From positions 1 to 40,118 of the forward strand of contig JANPLN010000072.1 in NCBI GenBank assembly GCA_031426555.1: DNA of 40,118 nucleotides, given 5' to 3'. Below, piece by piece: positions 18,094 through 27,292 of the stretch. Positions within the stretch are counted from its first letter, which is position 1. Each line of letters opens with the position of its first letter. This stretch comes from Bdellovibrionales bacterium. Its GTDB lineage: Bacteria; Bdellovibrionota; Bdellovibrionia; Bdellovibrionales; JAGQZY01. The notes under the pieces are model-generated. The model had not been told where the DNA came from, made no database searches, and saw nothing but the letters and a program-made list of their open reading frames with translations. Position numbers and translations under genes: made by a program.

Positions 18094-19575
18094 ATGAAGA
18101 AGTTTTATTGTCTTTTCGCGGTGTTGTTTTTGATCAGCTGTGCGCACAAATCGGTAACACCCGACGGGCAACCTCTTCCCGAGAACGTCATCGCTAGCGG
18201 CGACGAAGAGACTGATGATGGCCCCATAGCCACTCACGGTCCCGAGGACGAAGCTCCCATTCAAGTGGGAAAAACCATGAAGCGCACAGAAGATCTTTCT
18301 GATTCTGAGTCCGACATGCAAAAGCTTCCCGAAGATTTTAATCAAAACGTCAATATGTGGATTGAATACTTTCAAGGCCGAGGCCGACCCCATATGGTGC
18401 GTTATTTAGGTCGCTCCACTCGCTATATTCCAAAAATGAAAGAGATTTTAAATAAGCACGGGCTTCCAGAGGATCTGGTTTATTTAGCTCTCATTGAGTC
18501 GGGCTTCAACGCCAAGGCCTACAGCCACGCACGGGCGTCGGGTTACTGGCAGTTTATTCGCGGAACGGCCCGTCGTTATGATCTAAAGATCGATTACTAC
18601 ACCGACGAACGAAGCGACTTTGTGCAATCCACCGAAGCTGCGGCCCAGTATTTAAAAGCTTTGTACCATTTGTTTGGCTCTTGGTATTTGGCCATTGCCT
18701 CGTACAACGTGGGCGAAAACAAAGTAAAAAACTTAGTTATGAAGCATTACACTCGCGATTTTTGGGAACTGGCGCGCAAAAAGAAGTTGCCGAAAGAAAC
18801 CATTAACTACGTTCCAAAGTTTTTAGCGGCGCGAATGATTGCCAAGCATCCACAAAAGTACGGCTTTAACGATGTTGAGTATCAGGCTCCGCTGTCATAT
18901 CAAGAGATCACATTTACTAAAGCGGTGAGTTTGATGTCTTTAGCGCAAAATCTTGGAATGTCCTATGATGAGCTTCAGGCATTAAATCCAGCGTTTAAAA
19001 AAGGCATTGTGCCCAAGTACGACGACCAACAGGTTATGGTACGGGTGCCGACGTCGCTCAACAAAGATCAAGTTTTAGCAGCTATGGAGAACAGCTCCAC
19101 GGCTCTTGCTGTGAGCGCAACTGTGAGCCAGGTCGAAGAGGCCGAGTACGTGCGCTACCGCATCCGCACGGGCGATACGCTGTCGTCCATTGCTCGTCGT
19201 TTCCGTGTGTCTATGTCGACGTTGATAGATATTAACGATTTAAGCCGCCGCACCGTTTTGCGGGTGGGGAGAACCCTTCGCATTCCAAAAAGTAGTCGCA
19301 CAGCATCGTCTGCGCAGCCGCCAAAGCGGGGAGTGAGTTCGGTCGCGAAGAGAGTTGAGAAGAGAGTTGAGAAGCCGTCAGCTCTGTCGAAAAAAGTTCG
19401 GTTTGAAGTACAACGAAAAGCCGTTTCGCAAAAAATTCACGTGGTGAAAAAAGGCGAAACACTTTTAGATATCGCAAGTCGATACAATGTTCGTTATTCA
19501 AAGCTCATCGCAGCCAACCGCATGCGCCAGAGCGAAAAAATCTTAGTGGGCAGCCGCCTTAAAATTCCAAGATAG
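18094..19575 (+). CDS. mltD: MltD-like lytic transglycosylase lipoprotein with LysM domains
   Basis: Lipobox LISC; LALIESGFN, SGYWQFI, LAIASYNVGE, ETINYVPK; LysM repeats (YRIRTGDTLSSIARRF, HVVKKGETLLDIASRY). Confidence 0.92.
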   Translation: MKKFYCLFAVLFLISCAHKSVTPDGQPLPENVIASGDEETDDGPIATHGPEDEAPIQVGKTMKRTEDLSDSESDMQKLPEDFNQNVNMWIEYFQGRGRPHMVRYLGRSTRYIPKMKEILNKHGLPEDLVYLALIESGFNAKAYSHARASGYWQFIRGTARRYDLKIDYYTDERSDFVQSTEAAAQYLKALYHLFGSWYLAIASYNVGENKVKNLVMKHYTRDFWELARKKKLPKETINYVPKFLAARMIAKHPQKYGFNDVEYQAPLSYQEITFTKAVSLMSLAQNLGMSYDELQALNPAFKKGIVPKYDDQQVMVRVPTSLNKDQVLAAMENSSTALAVSATVSQVEEAEYVRYRIRTGDTLSSIARRFRVSMSTLIDINDLSRRTVLRVGRTLRIPKSSRTASSAQPPKRGVSSVAKRVEKRVEKPSALSKKVRFEVQRKAVSQKIHVVKKGETLLDIASRYNVRYSKLIAANRMRQSEKILVGSRLKIPR

Positions 19576-19650
19576 AACACAAAGAGCCTGGGTGAATTCT
19601 GCGAGTTTTAAAAGTTATCCTGACACAAACTCTGTCCTTTGAAACCTGTT

Positions 19651-19675
19651 TCGGTTGATCCTCCTGATCAACCGA
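19651..19675 (+). terminator. Hairpin downstream of mltD (terminator or element-end hairpin)
   Basis: Perfect 10-bp inverted repeat TCGGTTGATC-CTCCT-GATCAACCGA; weak U-tract. Confidence 0.45.
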
Positions 19676-19923
19676 CATTTACAGAATAATTTGACGACGA
19701 TCATCATTGCTTGACGTGATTTTCGGTGTTTTAAAGCCCGCCGTGCGAGACCTTCGAAAGAAACTCGCCAAGCCGTTCTAGTAAACATTAATTGTCTTCG
19801 GGGCAAAGCCCTAGACGCTGTTTAAACACCAACAAACAACTCCGTTATTACTGGAATTATTTTTTGAATTTGCTCAAAAACGGGTCTCTAAAAGGTGATA
19901 TATTGTTTTGAGAGGAGAAAACG

Positions 19924-20406
19924 ATGTGTCGGCAAATAAGTTTTTTTAAACCTATCGTAAAAGAATCTGGTGGGGCTTTATCTGCAATAGGAAAACGCAA
20001 AACGGCTCGAGTATTAGATCGGCGTAAACCGTTACATTTTGTTTTGAAATCTAAAAGAAGCGTAAATCTATATTCCCAGCGAATTTTGCTCAGAAGACTT
20101 CTTTTTCTCTATGCCAAAAGATTCGGAGTTAAGGTTTATAAAGAAAGCGTTCAAAAAGATCATTTTCATTTTTGTATTAAGATCACGAACAGACATTTGT
20201 ACCGAGCCTTTATCCGAGCGCTCACCGGAGTGATCTCGCAAAAATTGGGAAAGGGACTTTGGATCTTGGCTCCCTATTCAAGAGTGGTCACATGGGGACG
20301 AGATTTTTTAGGAGTGTTGGATTACATTTTGCTCAATGACTGCGAAGTCGGTGGAAGAGTACCGTATGCGATAAGGGGAGCAAGGAAGCACTGTTATTTT
20401 TTTTGA
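19924..20406 (+). CDS. Y1/HUH transposase-like protein (IS200/IS605 TnpA or RAYT-like), copy A
   Basis: PLHFVLKS, HUH motif DHFH, FIRALTG, PYSRVV, putative catalytic Tyr in DYILLN; GAGGAG RBS; no adjacent tnpB. Confidence 0.8.
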   Translation: MCRQISFFKPIVKESGGALSAIGKRKTARVLDRRKPLHFVLKSKRSVNLYSQRILLRRLLFLYAKRFGVKVYKESVQKDHFHFCIKITNRHLYRAFIRALTGVISQKLGKGLWILAPYSRVVTWGRDFLGVLDYILLNDCEVGGRVPYAIRGARKHCYFF

Positions 20407-20499
20407 CAATCATTTCCTTTTTTCAACGACTCTTGCGCTCATTCGAAGCGTAGGGCAGGGTCTTCAAGTATTCAAAAACCAAAAAATTATGGAGTTTCT

Positions 20500-21090
20500 A
20501 TGAAATCTATTTTTATCATTTTATCGCTTTTTACATTTAATCTAGCTCAGGCAGAACCAACGGCCGAAGAATCCAAGGTGAACCAAACTTTAGTTACCAT
20601 GCTGAGCAAGTGTACCAGTGTTGACCTTGCTAGTTTGGCAAATCAGTACAATTCAAAGAATATCAATGCTGCTGGTACGAAATTAGTTTTCATGCAAACT
20701 CCAAACAATCCATTTATGGATAGTTCTGGACCCAAAGTAGAAAAAGTAGTGAAGTTGAGCAAGAATGGAGCTTGTAGCCTGCGCAACGCCAATGTGCTTG
20801 ATAGCAAACTCGGATCGAACCGTATTTCGTATGCAGACGCTTGGTTGTTTCAGTGCCAAAAACAAATCGTGGAAATTTCCTCTAGAGGAATGACTGTAAG
20901 TGATCTCTCGCAAGTTAGCACTCAACGTAAAGGTGACTCTGACATAGAAACGCTCATGTACGATGTATTGGATGAGTCGGGTGAAGTGATTGGACAACTT
21001 TCTTCGGTTTATGAAATGGCAGATTTTGATCCGATGATCCCTGATCTTTTTCCAGAACCCGTTGGATTGGGATGCGCCGTTAAATTTTAA
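20500..21090 (+). CDS. Secreted hypothetical protein
   Basis: Signal peptide MKSIFIILSLFTFNLAQA; GGAG RBS; four Cys. Confidence 0.8.
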   Translation: MKSIFIILSLFTFNLAQAEPTAEESKVNQTLVTMLSKCTSVDLASLANQYNSKNINAAGTKLVFMQTPNNPFMDSSGPKVEKVVKLSKNGACSLRNANVLDSKLGSNRISYADAWLFQCQKQIVEISSRGMTVSDLSQVSTQRKGDSDIETLMYDVLDESGEVIGQLSSVYEMADFDPMIPDLFPEPVGLGCAVKF

Positions 21091-21102
21091 GATATCATTC
21101 CA

Positions 21103-21124
21103 TGGGCTCATTTGAATGAGCCTA
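21103..21124 (+). terminator. Hairpin after the secreted hypothetical gene
   Basis: TGGGCTCATT-TG-AATGAGCCTA inverted repeat. Confidence 0.5.
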
Positions 21125-21261
21125 CCTTCCTAATGGTCTTATTTTCTTGGAGATTTATTCAGTCTCACAATGAGATCTTATTGTGAAACAGTTCGACAAA
21201 TTTTTTTGGTGTTTTAGACCTTCCATAGTATTCTTGTATTCAGGACAGGATAATACAAACT

Positions 21262-21365
21262 AATCCTTCTTTTGCCAAAGGCAAGACTCTGGAAACAGGG
21301 ATCGCGCAAAGCTACAGGGGCTAAACGTTACAAGGAGTTAACGATGCCAGCCAGCTACCAAAGGA
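21262..21365 (+). ncRNA. c-di-GMP-I (GEMM-I) riboswitch aptamer
   Basis: AAAGGCAA-GACTCTG-GAAA-CAGGGATCGC-GCAAAGCTACAGGGGCTAA...ATGCCAGCCAGCTACC: GNRA tetraloop P2, GCAAAGC junction, CTAA/ATG receptor in P3; closing TCCTT/AAGGA. Confidence 0.88.
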
Positions 21366-21407
21366 ATGAGGTTTAAGGGAGGTTATGTATGATTAGTCTG
21401 CACCTAC

Positions 21408-21447
21408 ACCCGCCCTTTCCCCCCAAAGTGGCGGGTTTTTTTTTTTT
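21408..21447 (+). terminator. Rho-independent terminator after the riboswitch
   Basis: ACCCGCC...GGCGGGT stem followed by a run of 12 T. Confidence 0.88.
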
Positions 21448-21470
21448 AAAGACCCACTTAAATTTCTTCC

Positions 21471-24400
21471 TTAAATTTTAGATTTTTGACGTAACTTTTC
21501 AGTTTCAGAAATCGTCCTTAGGATCGCCCCAGCAAGTTCTATCCCATTTATAGGTTTGGTAATGTGTTCATTGCAGCCGGCGGCGAGCGATCGCGCCCGC
21601 TCTTCTGCCATTGCGTGTGCGGTAAGTGCAATGATTGGCCTCTGGAAGCCAGCTTCGCGGAGCGCTCGCGTGGCTTCGTAACCGTCCATTATTGGCATTT
21701 GTATATCCATTAGAACAATGTCGTATTTTCCACGCATACAAAATTTAAACGCGTCCCTGCCGTTGGTTACAGTTTCGACAATGGCACCTTTTTTTGCAAG
21801 AATAGTCTGAATATAAATTAAATTGTCCGATGAATCATCGGCGACGAGGATTCGAGCTCCACTCAGCGAATTATTTTTTAAAATAACCTCGGAATGATGA
21901 AGTTCCCATTTTTGCGACACTTCAGGTGCCGAAGCTGCAAAAGTAATGGCTACCGTCGTACCCTCACCAAAAGTGGATTGCTTGATAGCGATGTCACCAT
22001 TAAGCGCCTTTGCGAGTCGTTTAGAAAGAGCTAATCCGAGCCCGGTGCCGCCATAGTTTCTTGTTGTCGTATTGTCCGCCTGAACGAAGGGGCTGAATAA
22101 TTTAGAGATTTGGTCTCCGTCCATTCCTAATCCGGTATCTTTGACCGCAATTGAAAATAAAAATTTGTTTTCCTCTGTTCGTTCTGCCGTAACATCTATG
22201 ATACAACCGCCTTGGCTTGTGAACTTTACGGCATTACCTACGATATTAATTAAAATTTGTCGAAGTCTTGTTGGGTCGGAAATTATTTTATCAGGCACAC
22301 CTCTGTCGATACTGGTTTTTAGAAAAATGGATTTCGCGATAGTACGTTCGCGAAACAAATCCACCACTTCATCAATCAAACTGAAAAACGAGAATTCAAT
22401 TTGTTCAATTTCTAATTTTCCTGACTCAACTTTTGCCAAATCAAGAATATCGTCGATAATCCTGGTGAGCGCTTTACCGTTTCGGGAAATTGTATTTAAA
22501 TACTTTGTGCGGTCTTCCGGGTGAAGTTCTTCATCCTTCAGAAGGTCGGTGAAGCCTAATATGGCACCCAAAGGTGTGCGAATTTCGTGACTCATATTCG
22601 CCAGAAAAGACGACTTAAGTTCCGTTGCTATTTCGGCCTCTCGTTTGGACTTCTCCAGGGCGTTACGAGATTGTACACGATCCGTCACATTCACGGCATT
22701 ACAGTAAACTCCGTAAGGCTTTCCGTCAGTGTCCATAACTTGTATATTCGTGTAATCGAAGTATTGATCTTCAAGTATACCGGAGGAACTCATTACTTTA
22801 AGTTTCATTTCATGGGCGATAAATGGTTCTCCTGTTTCAAAAACTCGCACGTGAGAATCGTGAGCTGTGGTTCCTATGAGTTCCGGATAAACGTCAGTGA
22901 AACTGCGTCCTATATATTCGCGAGCACTTACGAGCTCGGTCCATTTCTTGTTAACCAGTTCAAAGACAAGATCCCTCCCTTTCATCAGACCAATCGCTGA
23001 CGATGACTCGGCGATGAGAAGATCGAGTTTTCGCCGTTCAAGCACTAAAGAAATTTCCTGTCGTTTGCGCTCCGTAATGTCTGTAAAAAAAACTGCAAGT
23101 CCACCTTCAATTTGTGGATAAACACGAACTTCAGTCCATAAATTAAGAGGTGAGTAGAAATCCTCGAATTTCACGAAGCATCGTTCCTTCATCGCTTTTT
23201 TGTAGGCCTTAAGATATTCAGAATGTCTGTACTTTGGGTCGGCAAAAAAAAGATCCAAAAAATTTTTCCCGATCTGTTCAGCGCGATCAATTTTGGTGAT
23301 TTTTTCATGTTGCGCGTTCACTCGAGAAATATTCCAGTCCTTGTCGATGGAAAAAAAAGCGTCACTCATACTTTCGAGGATGTCCACGACTTGACGTTCG
23401 GCGACTTTTTGATCTGTTATTTCAGTAGAAACACCACAGAGAGCGTAGATTTGTCCTTGATCATCGAATAGAGGGAATTTATTTGTGATAAAAGTTCGCA
23501 AGTCGTTACCGACTCGGACCTGCTCTTCAACTTTTAGCGACGTGGCCGCTTCAAAAGCCATTTTATCGTTGGCTAAGAACCGATCTGCAATGTCTTTGTC
23601 GAAAAGTTCATGATCTGTCTTGCCCATTATATTTTCAGCTGAAGTACCATGGATTTCTTCTAAAGCTTTGTTGGCAAATATATTTTTACCATTCAAATCT
23701 TTAAGATAAATAATTGCGTCGGTTTGATTCAATATATCTCGAAGTTGATGCTGACTTTGTTTAAGAGCACGATTTGCCACTGTTTGGTCGGTAATATCTG
23801 TAGATACACCCGAAATACCGATGACAACTCCTTGGGAATTAAAGATGGGGACATAGTTGGTTGAAAACGTGCGACCATTGTTTTCAGTTTCACCAGTAAA
23901 GGCTTCCCCACCCAATGCGCGTTTTACTTGCGACAGCGCAGACGGACTGTCGCTATGTACTTCAGAATACTTTTTACCGACCAGGGCTGAGGTGGACAGT
24001 CTTTGGCTTTCTAGGTTTTTACCTTCAGAAAGGGTGTAGTAACCGTGATGATCCATGGCCCAAACGATGATTGGGGCGTGGTTTAACACCTCCATAAACC
24101 GTTTTCTGATATCTTGTTCTTTTAGGGAAAGCCGTATTCCCTCTTGTTCAATGGCGTCCAGTTTTTTCGCCGTACTGTTAAGCAATACTATGAAAAGGAC
24201 TATGAGGCCAATGATCAAAATCGTAAATCCAAATTGGAGTCCGAAAATACCGAAATTATTTCCTTGGACGATCAACCATCCCAATACAAGAGGAGCCGAA
24301 ATCAGAATGGGCAGCAGCCTTCTTGCCGTTTCACCACCCAGACCTTCACTGGCAAGAATACTTACAGGTTCACTCTCGGGACGGGCCCAAAGTATACCTA

Positions 24401-25001
24401 CAGCGAGAAAATAAAAACAAAGCGCTGCAGGCCATAAAATGCGAATGTAAGGTCCCAACTGATAAAAAGAACGGTCACCAAGTATGTAACCAATAAGTGC
24501 AAATTTCGAGATGAGAAAAAGCGTAATTACAAAAAAAGAAGAGGGGCGAAACCTTACACCATTCTCAACATTAATAAACAATAATCCTAAACTAACCAAA
24601 ACAAGAGAAATTGCAGCATTCGGAGAGATTCTGCCAGGAAAAAGACGGCTCTCAGAGTTTTGGAAATCTGAAACCAAAAGTTCGTCGATTCCAAAGTTTA
24701 TCCCGAAACGGTATTGAATCAGCGTCGTAAGCCCAATTAAAAGAGGTATCAGGGCAAAAATGTACCCCAATACGAGTTGTGATTTTGCTGTCTCTTGACG
24801 CGAATTTCTTAATGCATATAACGACAGACTTGCAAAAAAAATACCTACGGCAGCATTAGCTTTCATAGAAACAGCAGAAAAACTTTTAAGTTCTGGAATC
24901 GCCAACCAGATGAAAAGAAGAGACGCTGAGGTAACCGTCGCTGCGAGGGAACAAATTTTCGGTACAATCTTAATTCTATTGAGTAATAAAACTCGAGGCA
25001 T
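21471..25001 (-). CDS. Membrane-bound hybrid sensor histidine kinase (multi-TM, ~4 PAS, HisKA, HATPase, REC)
   Basis: FLANMSHEIRTPL, NIVGNAVKFT, DTGLGM, GGTGLGL, receiver VLMDIQMPIMDG; start at ATG 25001 (AAGGA RBS); ORF open to 25052. Confidence 0.95.
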   Translation of the reverse strand: MPRVLLLNRIKIVPKICSLAATVTSASLLFIWLAIPELKSFSAVSMKANAAVGIFFASLSLYALRNSRQETAKSQLVLGYIFALIPLLIGLTTLIQYRFGINFGIDELLVSDFQNSESRLFPGRISPNAAISLVLVSLGLLFINVENGVRFRPSSFFVITLFLISKFALIGYILGDRSFYQLGPYIRILWPAALCFYFLAVGILWARPESEPVSILASEGLGGETARRLLPILISAPLVLGWLIVQGNNFGIFGLQFGFTILIIGLIVLFIVLLNSTAKKLDAIEQEGIRLSLKEQDIRKRFMEVLNHAPIIVWAMDHHGYYTLSEGKNLESQRLSTSALVGKKYSEVHSDSPSALSQVKRALGGEAFTGETENNGRTFSTNYVPIFNSQGVVIGISGVSTDITDQTVANRALKQSQHQLRDILNQTDAIIYLKDLNGKNIFANKALEEIHGTSAENIMGKTDHELFDKDIADRFLANDKMAFEAATSLKVEEQVRVGNDLRTFITNKFPLFDDQGQIYALCGVSTEITDQKVAERQVVDILESMSDAFFSIDKDWNISRVNAQHEKITKIDRAEQIGKNFLDLFFADPKYRHSEYLKAYKKAMKERCFVKFEDFYSPLNLWTEVRVYPQIEGGLAVFFTDITERKRQEISLVLERRKLDLLIAESSSAIGLMKGRDLVFELVNKKWTELVSAREYIGRSFTDVYPELIGTTAHDSHVRVFETGEPFIAHEMKLKVMSSSGILEDQYFDYTNIQVMDTDGKPYGVYCNAVNVTDRVQSRNALEKSKREAEIATELKSSFLANMSHEIRTPLGAILGFTDLLKDEELHPEDRTKYLNTISRNGKALTRIIDDILDLAKVESGKLEIEQIEFSFFSLIDEVVDLFRERTIAKSIFLKTSIDRGVPDKIISDPTRLRQILINIVGNAVKFTSQGGCIIDVTAERTEENKFLFSIAVKDTGLGMDGDQISKLFSPFVQADNTTTRNYGGTGLGLALSKRLAKALNGDIAIKQSTFGEGTTVAITFAASAPEVSQKWELHHSEVILKNNSLSGARILVADDSSDNLIYIQTILAKKGAIVETVTNGRDAFKFCMRGKYDIVLMDIQMPIMDGYEATRALREAGFQRPIIALTAHAMAEERARSLAAGCNEHITKPINGIELAGAILRTISETEKLRQKSKI

Positions 25002-25312
25002 TCTATTTCCTTGTATAAAATCACGCAGGTTTTTTTGCTTTTTTAAGAGCAAATTTCATTCGAAAAACAATGGCTATTTGTTACCTTTACGCGAAGAGTC
25101 TAGTCAACTTTTTAAACCGAAGTTGTAATTCAGTCGTTCGTGTAAAATTGCTCGGCGAGAGTGTAAGCAAAAACTTGTAAAGGGGAAAAATTACCCGATT
25201 TTATAAAAAGGTTTTGGTTAACTCCAATTTAATCCAAGTACGCAATCTATGAATATGGCAAGTCAGTTGCAAGGGTAGTGATTAGCAAATGATAAACAGA
25301 AAGGAAAACAAG

Positions 25313-25855
25313 ATGGAAATATATGAAATCTTAAAAAGCGAACACGCAGAGGTGAGAGAAATGCTGTCTCGTCTGATCAACTTTAATTCAGAGACATCAG
25401 CGGACATTAGAAATGCATTAATTTCAGAAATTCGGGATGCTTTGGTGCCCCATTCGAGAGCCGAGGAAGCAGTACTTTATAATTCAATGCGCGAAGTAGA
25501 ACAGGCAAGTGAATTGGTTGCGCACGGCTACACGGAGCATGTGCAAGCCGAAACGTTGTTAAGAGCATTGCAGGTTACCGGGAAAATTGATGCGGGTTGG
25601 ATGATGACTGCTAAAAACCTGAAATCAGCGCTCGAGCATCACATTGCCGAGGAGGAAGGAAAAATATTTTCAGCGGCTCAGCAGATTTTTACTCCACAAG
25701 AGGCTGAAATGATGGGTGCTGCCTATGAAGGTCTAAAACCGAGAATCAAAGATGAAGGAATCATGGCAACCACGATCGAACTGATCGCGAATGTTATGCC
25801 CCCTCGTCTCTCTAAGGTGTTCCGAAGCTATAATTTAGAATCACGCATTTCATAA
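25313..25855 (+). CDS. Hemerythrin (HHE) domain protein
   Basis: LKSEH, PHSRAEEAVLY, TEH, LEHHIAEEEGKIF; AAGGA RBS before ATG 25313. Confidence 0.88.
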   Translation: MEIYEILKSEHAEVREMLSRLINFNSETSADIRNALISEIRDALVPHSRAEEAVLYNSMREVEQASELVAHGYTEHVQAETLLRALQVTGKIDAGWMMTAKNLKSALEHHIAEEEGKIFSAAQQIFTPQEAEMMGAAYEGLKPRIKDEGIMATTIELIANVMPPRLSKVFRSYNLESRIS

Positions 25856-25884
25856 ACGTTAAGGTTGTGCAAGATTATGTAAAT

Positions 25885-26913
25885 CTACTCTCCAAGACTC
25901 ATTACAAAAAATTGTCCCATGACCGCATAGTCTTGCACAATCATTCCAAAGCCGGGAATCTTCTTTTTACCAAGCTTAAAATTTTTCCCAAACTTTTGTT
26001 TGCTCCATGAGTTTTTAAAATAGAACACTCCTTTGCGCGTGACCTCTTTGGTGGTGCCGTCGTTCATCAGGCGGTTGTAGGTCACGGAAGCGGTGTCGTC
26101 GTAGCCAATCAGTAATACCGAGTGAATGGCGACGGGATTTTTTTCGGACAAGGTTCTGTCCACTGAACCTGCATCGGGATAGGTCACAACGCCCTTGGCG
26201 TATTGATTAGCGTCTATATCAATTCCGTACTGTTTGCCAGCTGCGTGGTTCCAGGAGCCGAAATAGACTCTGATTTTCAGCGCCACTGGAATTCCTTTGG
26301 CTAGATACTCTTTGGCTTTTTGCAAGCTTACGGTAGCACTTTTTATATCTCCGATAAGTTCAAAATTCTGTTGGGCCCTGGCGCGGGCTTGGGCAATTTC
26401 CGAAAAGCCTAGATCTGTTAACTTTTCGCCGTCGAGGCCGATCAAGGCAGGGCTGTAGTGCGACGAATGGCAGCGTCGTTGGCTCATGACGTCTTTGAGG
26501 GGGCCGCAGCGCTCGAGGGAAAGTTGCGGGCTTTGCGCACTCCACAGGGTGCCATCATAGGGGAGGTCTTGTTCGTCGGCGATGCCGTATTTTTTTACTT
26601 GCGTAAAAATATCTTCAAGAAAGGCGCCTGAGCCTCCGCCCGATTTTGATTTTAACGCGAAAACGTACTGCACCCATTGTTCCGACAAATCGAGCTGCTT
26701 TGGTTTTATCTGCGGGAATTTTTTAAGGATGAGCGACTCGAGCAGGGCTGTGAACGAAAACACCGTGCAAAGGCTACGGCCGCCCTGATTTTTCACGGCT
26801 GTCATAAAGGGAAGCATAGCCTCGGTGTCGGTTTTTGCCGGCAGAGCCGCGTGAGCGTTGAAGGCTGTAAAAATCAAAAAAATAAGAGCGATTGTTTTGA
26901 TAAGTAGTTTCAT
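25885..26913 (-). CDS. Secreted papain-like (C1) cysteine peptidase
   Basis: VKNQGGRSLCTVFS, DLSEQW, IHSVLLIGYDD, FKNSW; signal peptide from MKLLIKT with GGAGG RBS. The ORF extension to 27165 is probably non-coding. Confidence 0.9.
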   Translation of the reverse strand: MKLLIKTIALIFLIFTAFNAHAALPAKTDTEAMLPFMTAVKNQGGRSLCTVFSFTALLESLILKKFPQIKPKQLDLSEQWVQYVFALKSKSGGGSGAFLEDIFTQVKKYGIADEQDLPYDGTLWSAQSPQLSLERCGPLKDVMSQRRCHSSHYSPALIGLDGEKLTDLGFSEIAQARARAQQNFELIGDIKSATVSLQKAKEYLAKGIPVALKIRVYFGSWNHAAGKQYGIDIDANQYAKGVVTYPDAGSVDRTLSEKNPVAIHSVLLIGYDDTASVTYNRLMNDGTTKEVTRKGVFYFKNSWSKQKFGKNFKLGKKKIPGFGMIVQDYAVMGQFFVMSLGE

Positions 26914-27292
26914 TGGTATCCCCTCCATTGAGAACAGGAAACGTATAGCAAATCGTGGCGTAAAAGATGGAAAAAATTTGAAAATTTGAAAAATATACGT
27001 TTTTCTCGAGAGAGGAAGGTGGGTAAAGAGCCTAAGAAGTTGAATGGAGTGAGGGGGGAGATTCCATGAAGCAGAAATGGAAGGTTGGTTTGTCTGGCCC
27101 GTGACATCTGGGTGGGGGGCTGACAGTAGAAGCGATTGGAGGAGGGGGTGTGACCCATTAAGCATAAAAGGGCGATTGGTTTGTCTGGCTAGTCACGTTT
27201 GGCTGGAAGGCCGATGGTAAAGGTATAGAGTCTTAAGAGTATGCATTCCTTCTTGATTGATGGCTTAGAAGCGAGAGGGTAGTCCACCGAGT

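Noticed and set aside
19348..19374. 12-bp duplication (RVEKRVEK) in the mltD linker
   Set aside because: Ordinary in-frame slippage in a low-complexity linker.
26914..27165. 84-aa N-terminal extension of the C1 peptidase
   Set aside because: A good RBS and signal peptide begin at 26913; the extension is P/S/L-rich readthrough of the G-rich repeat tract.
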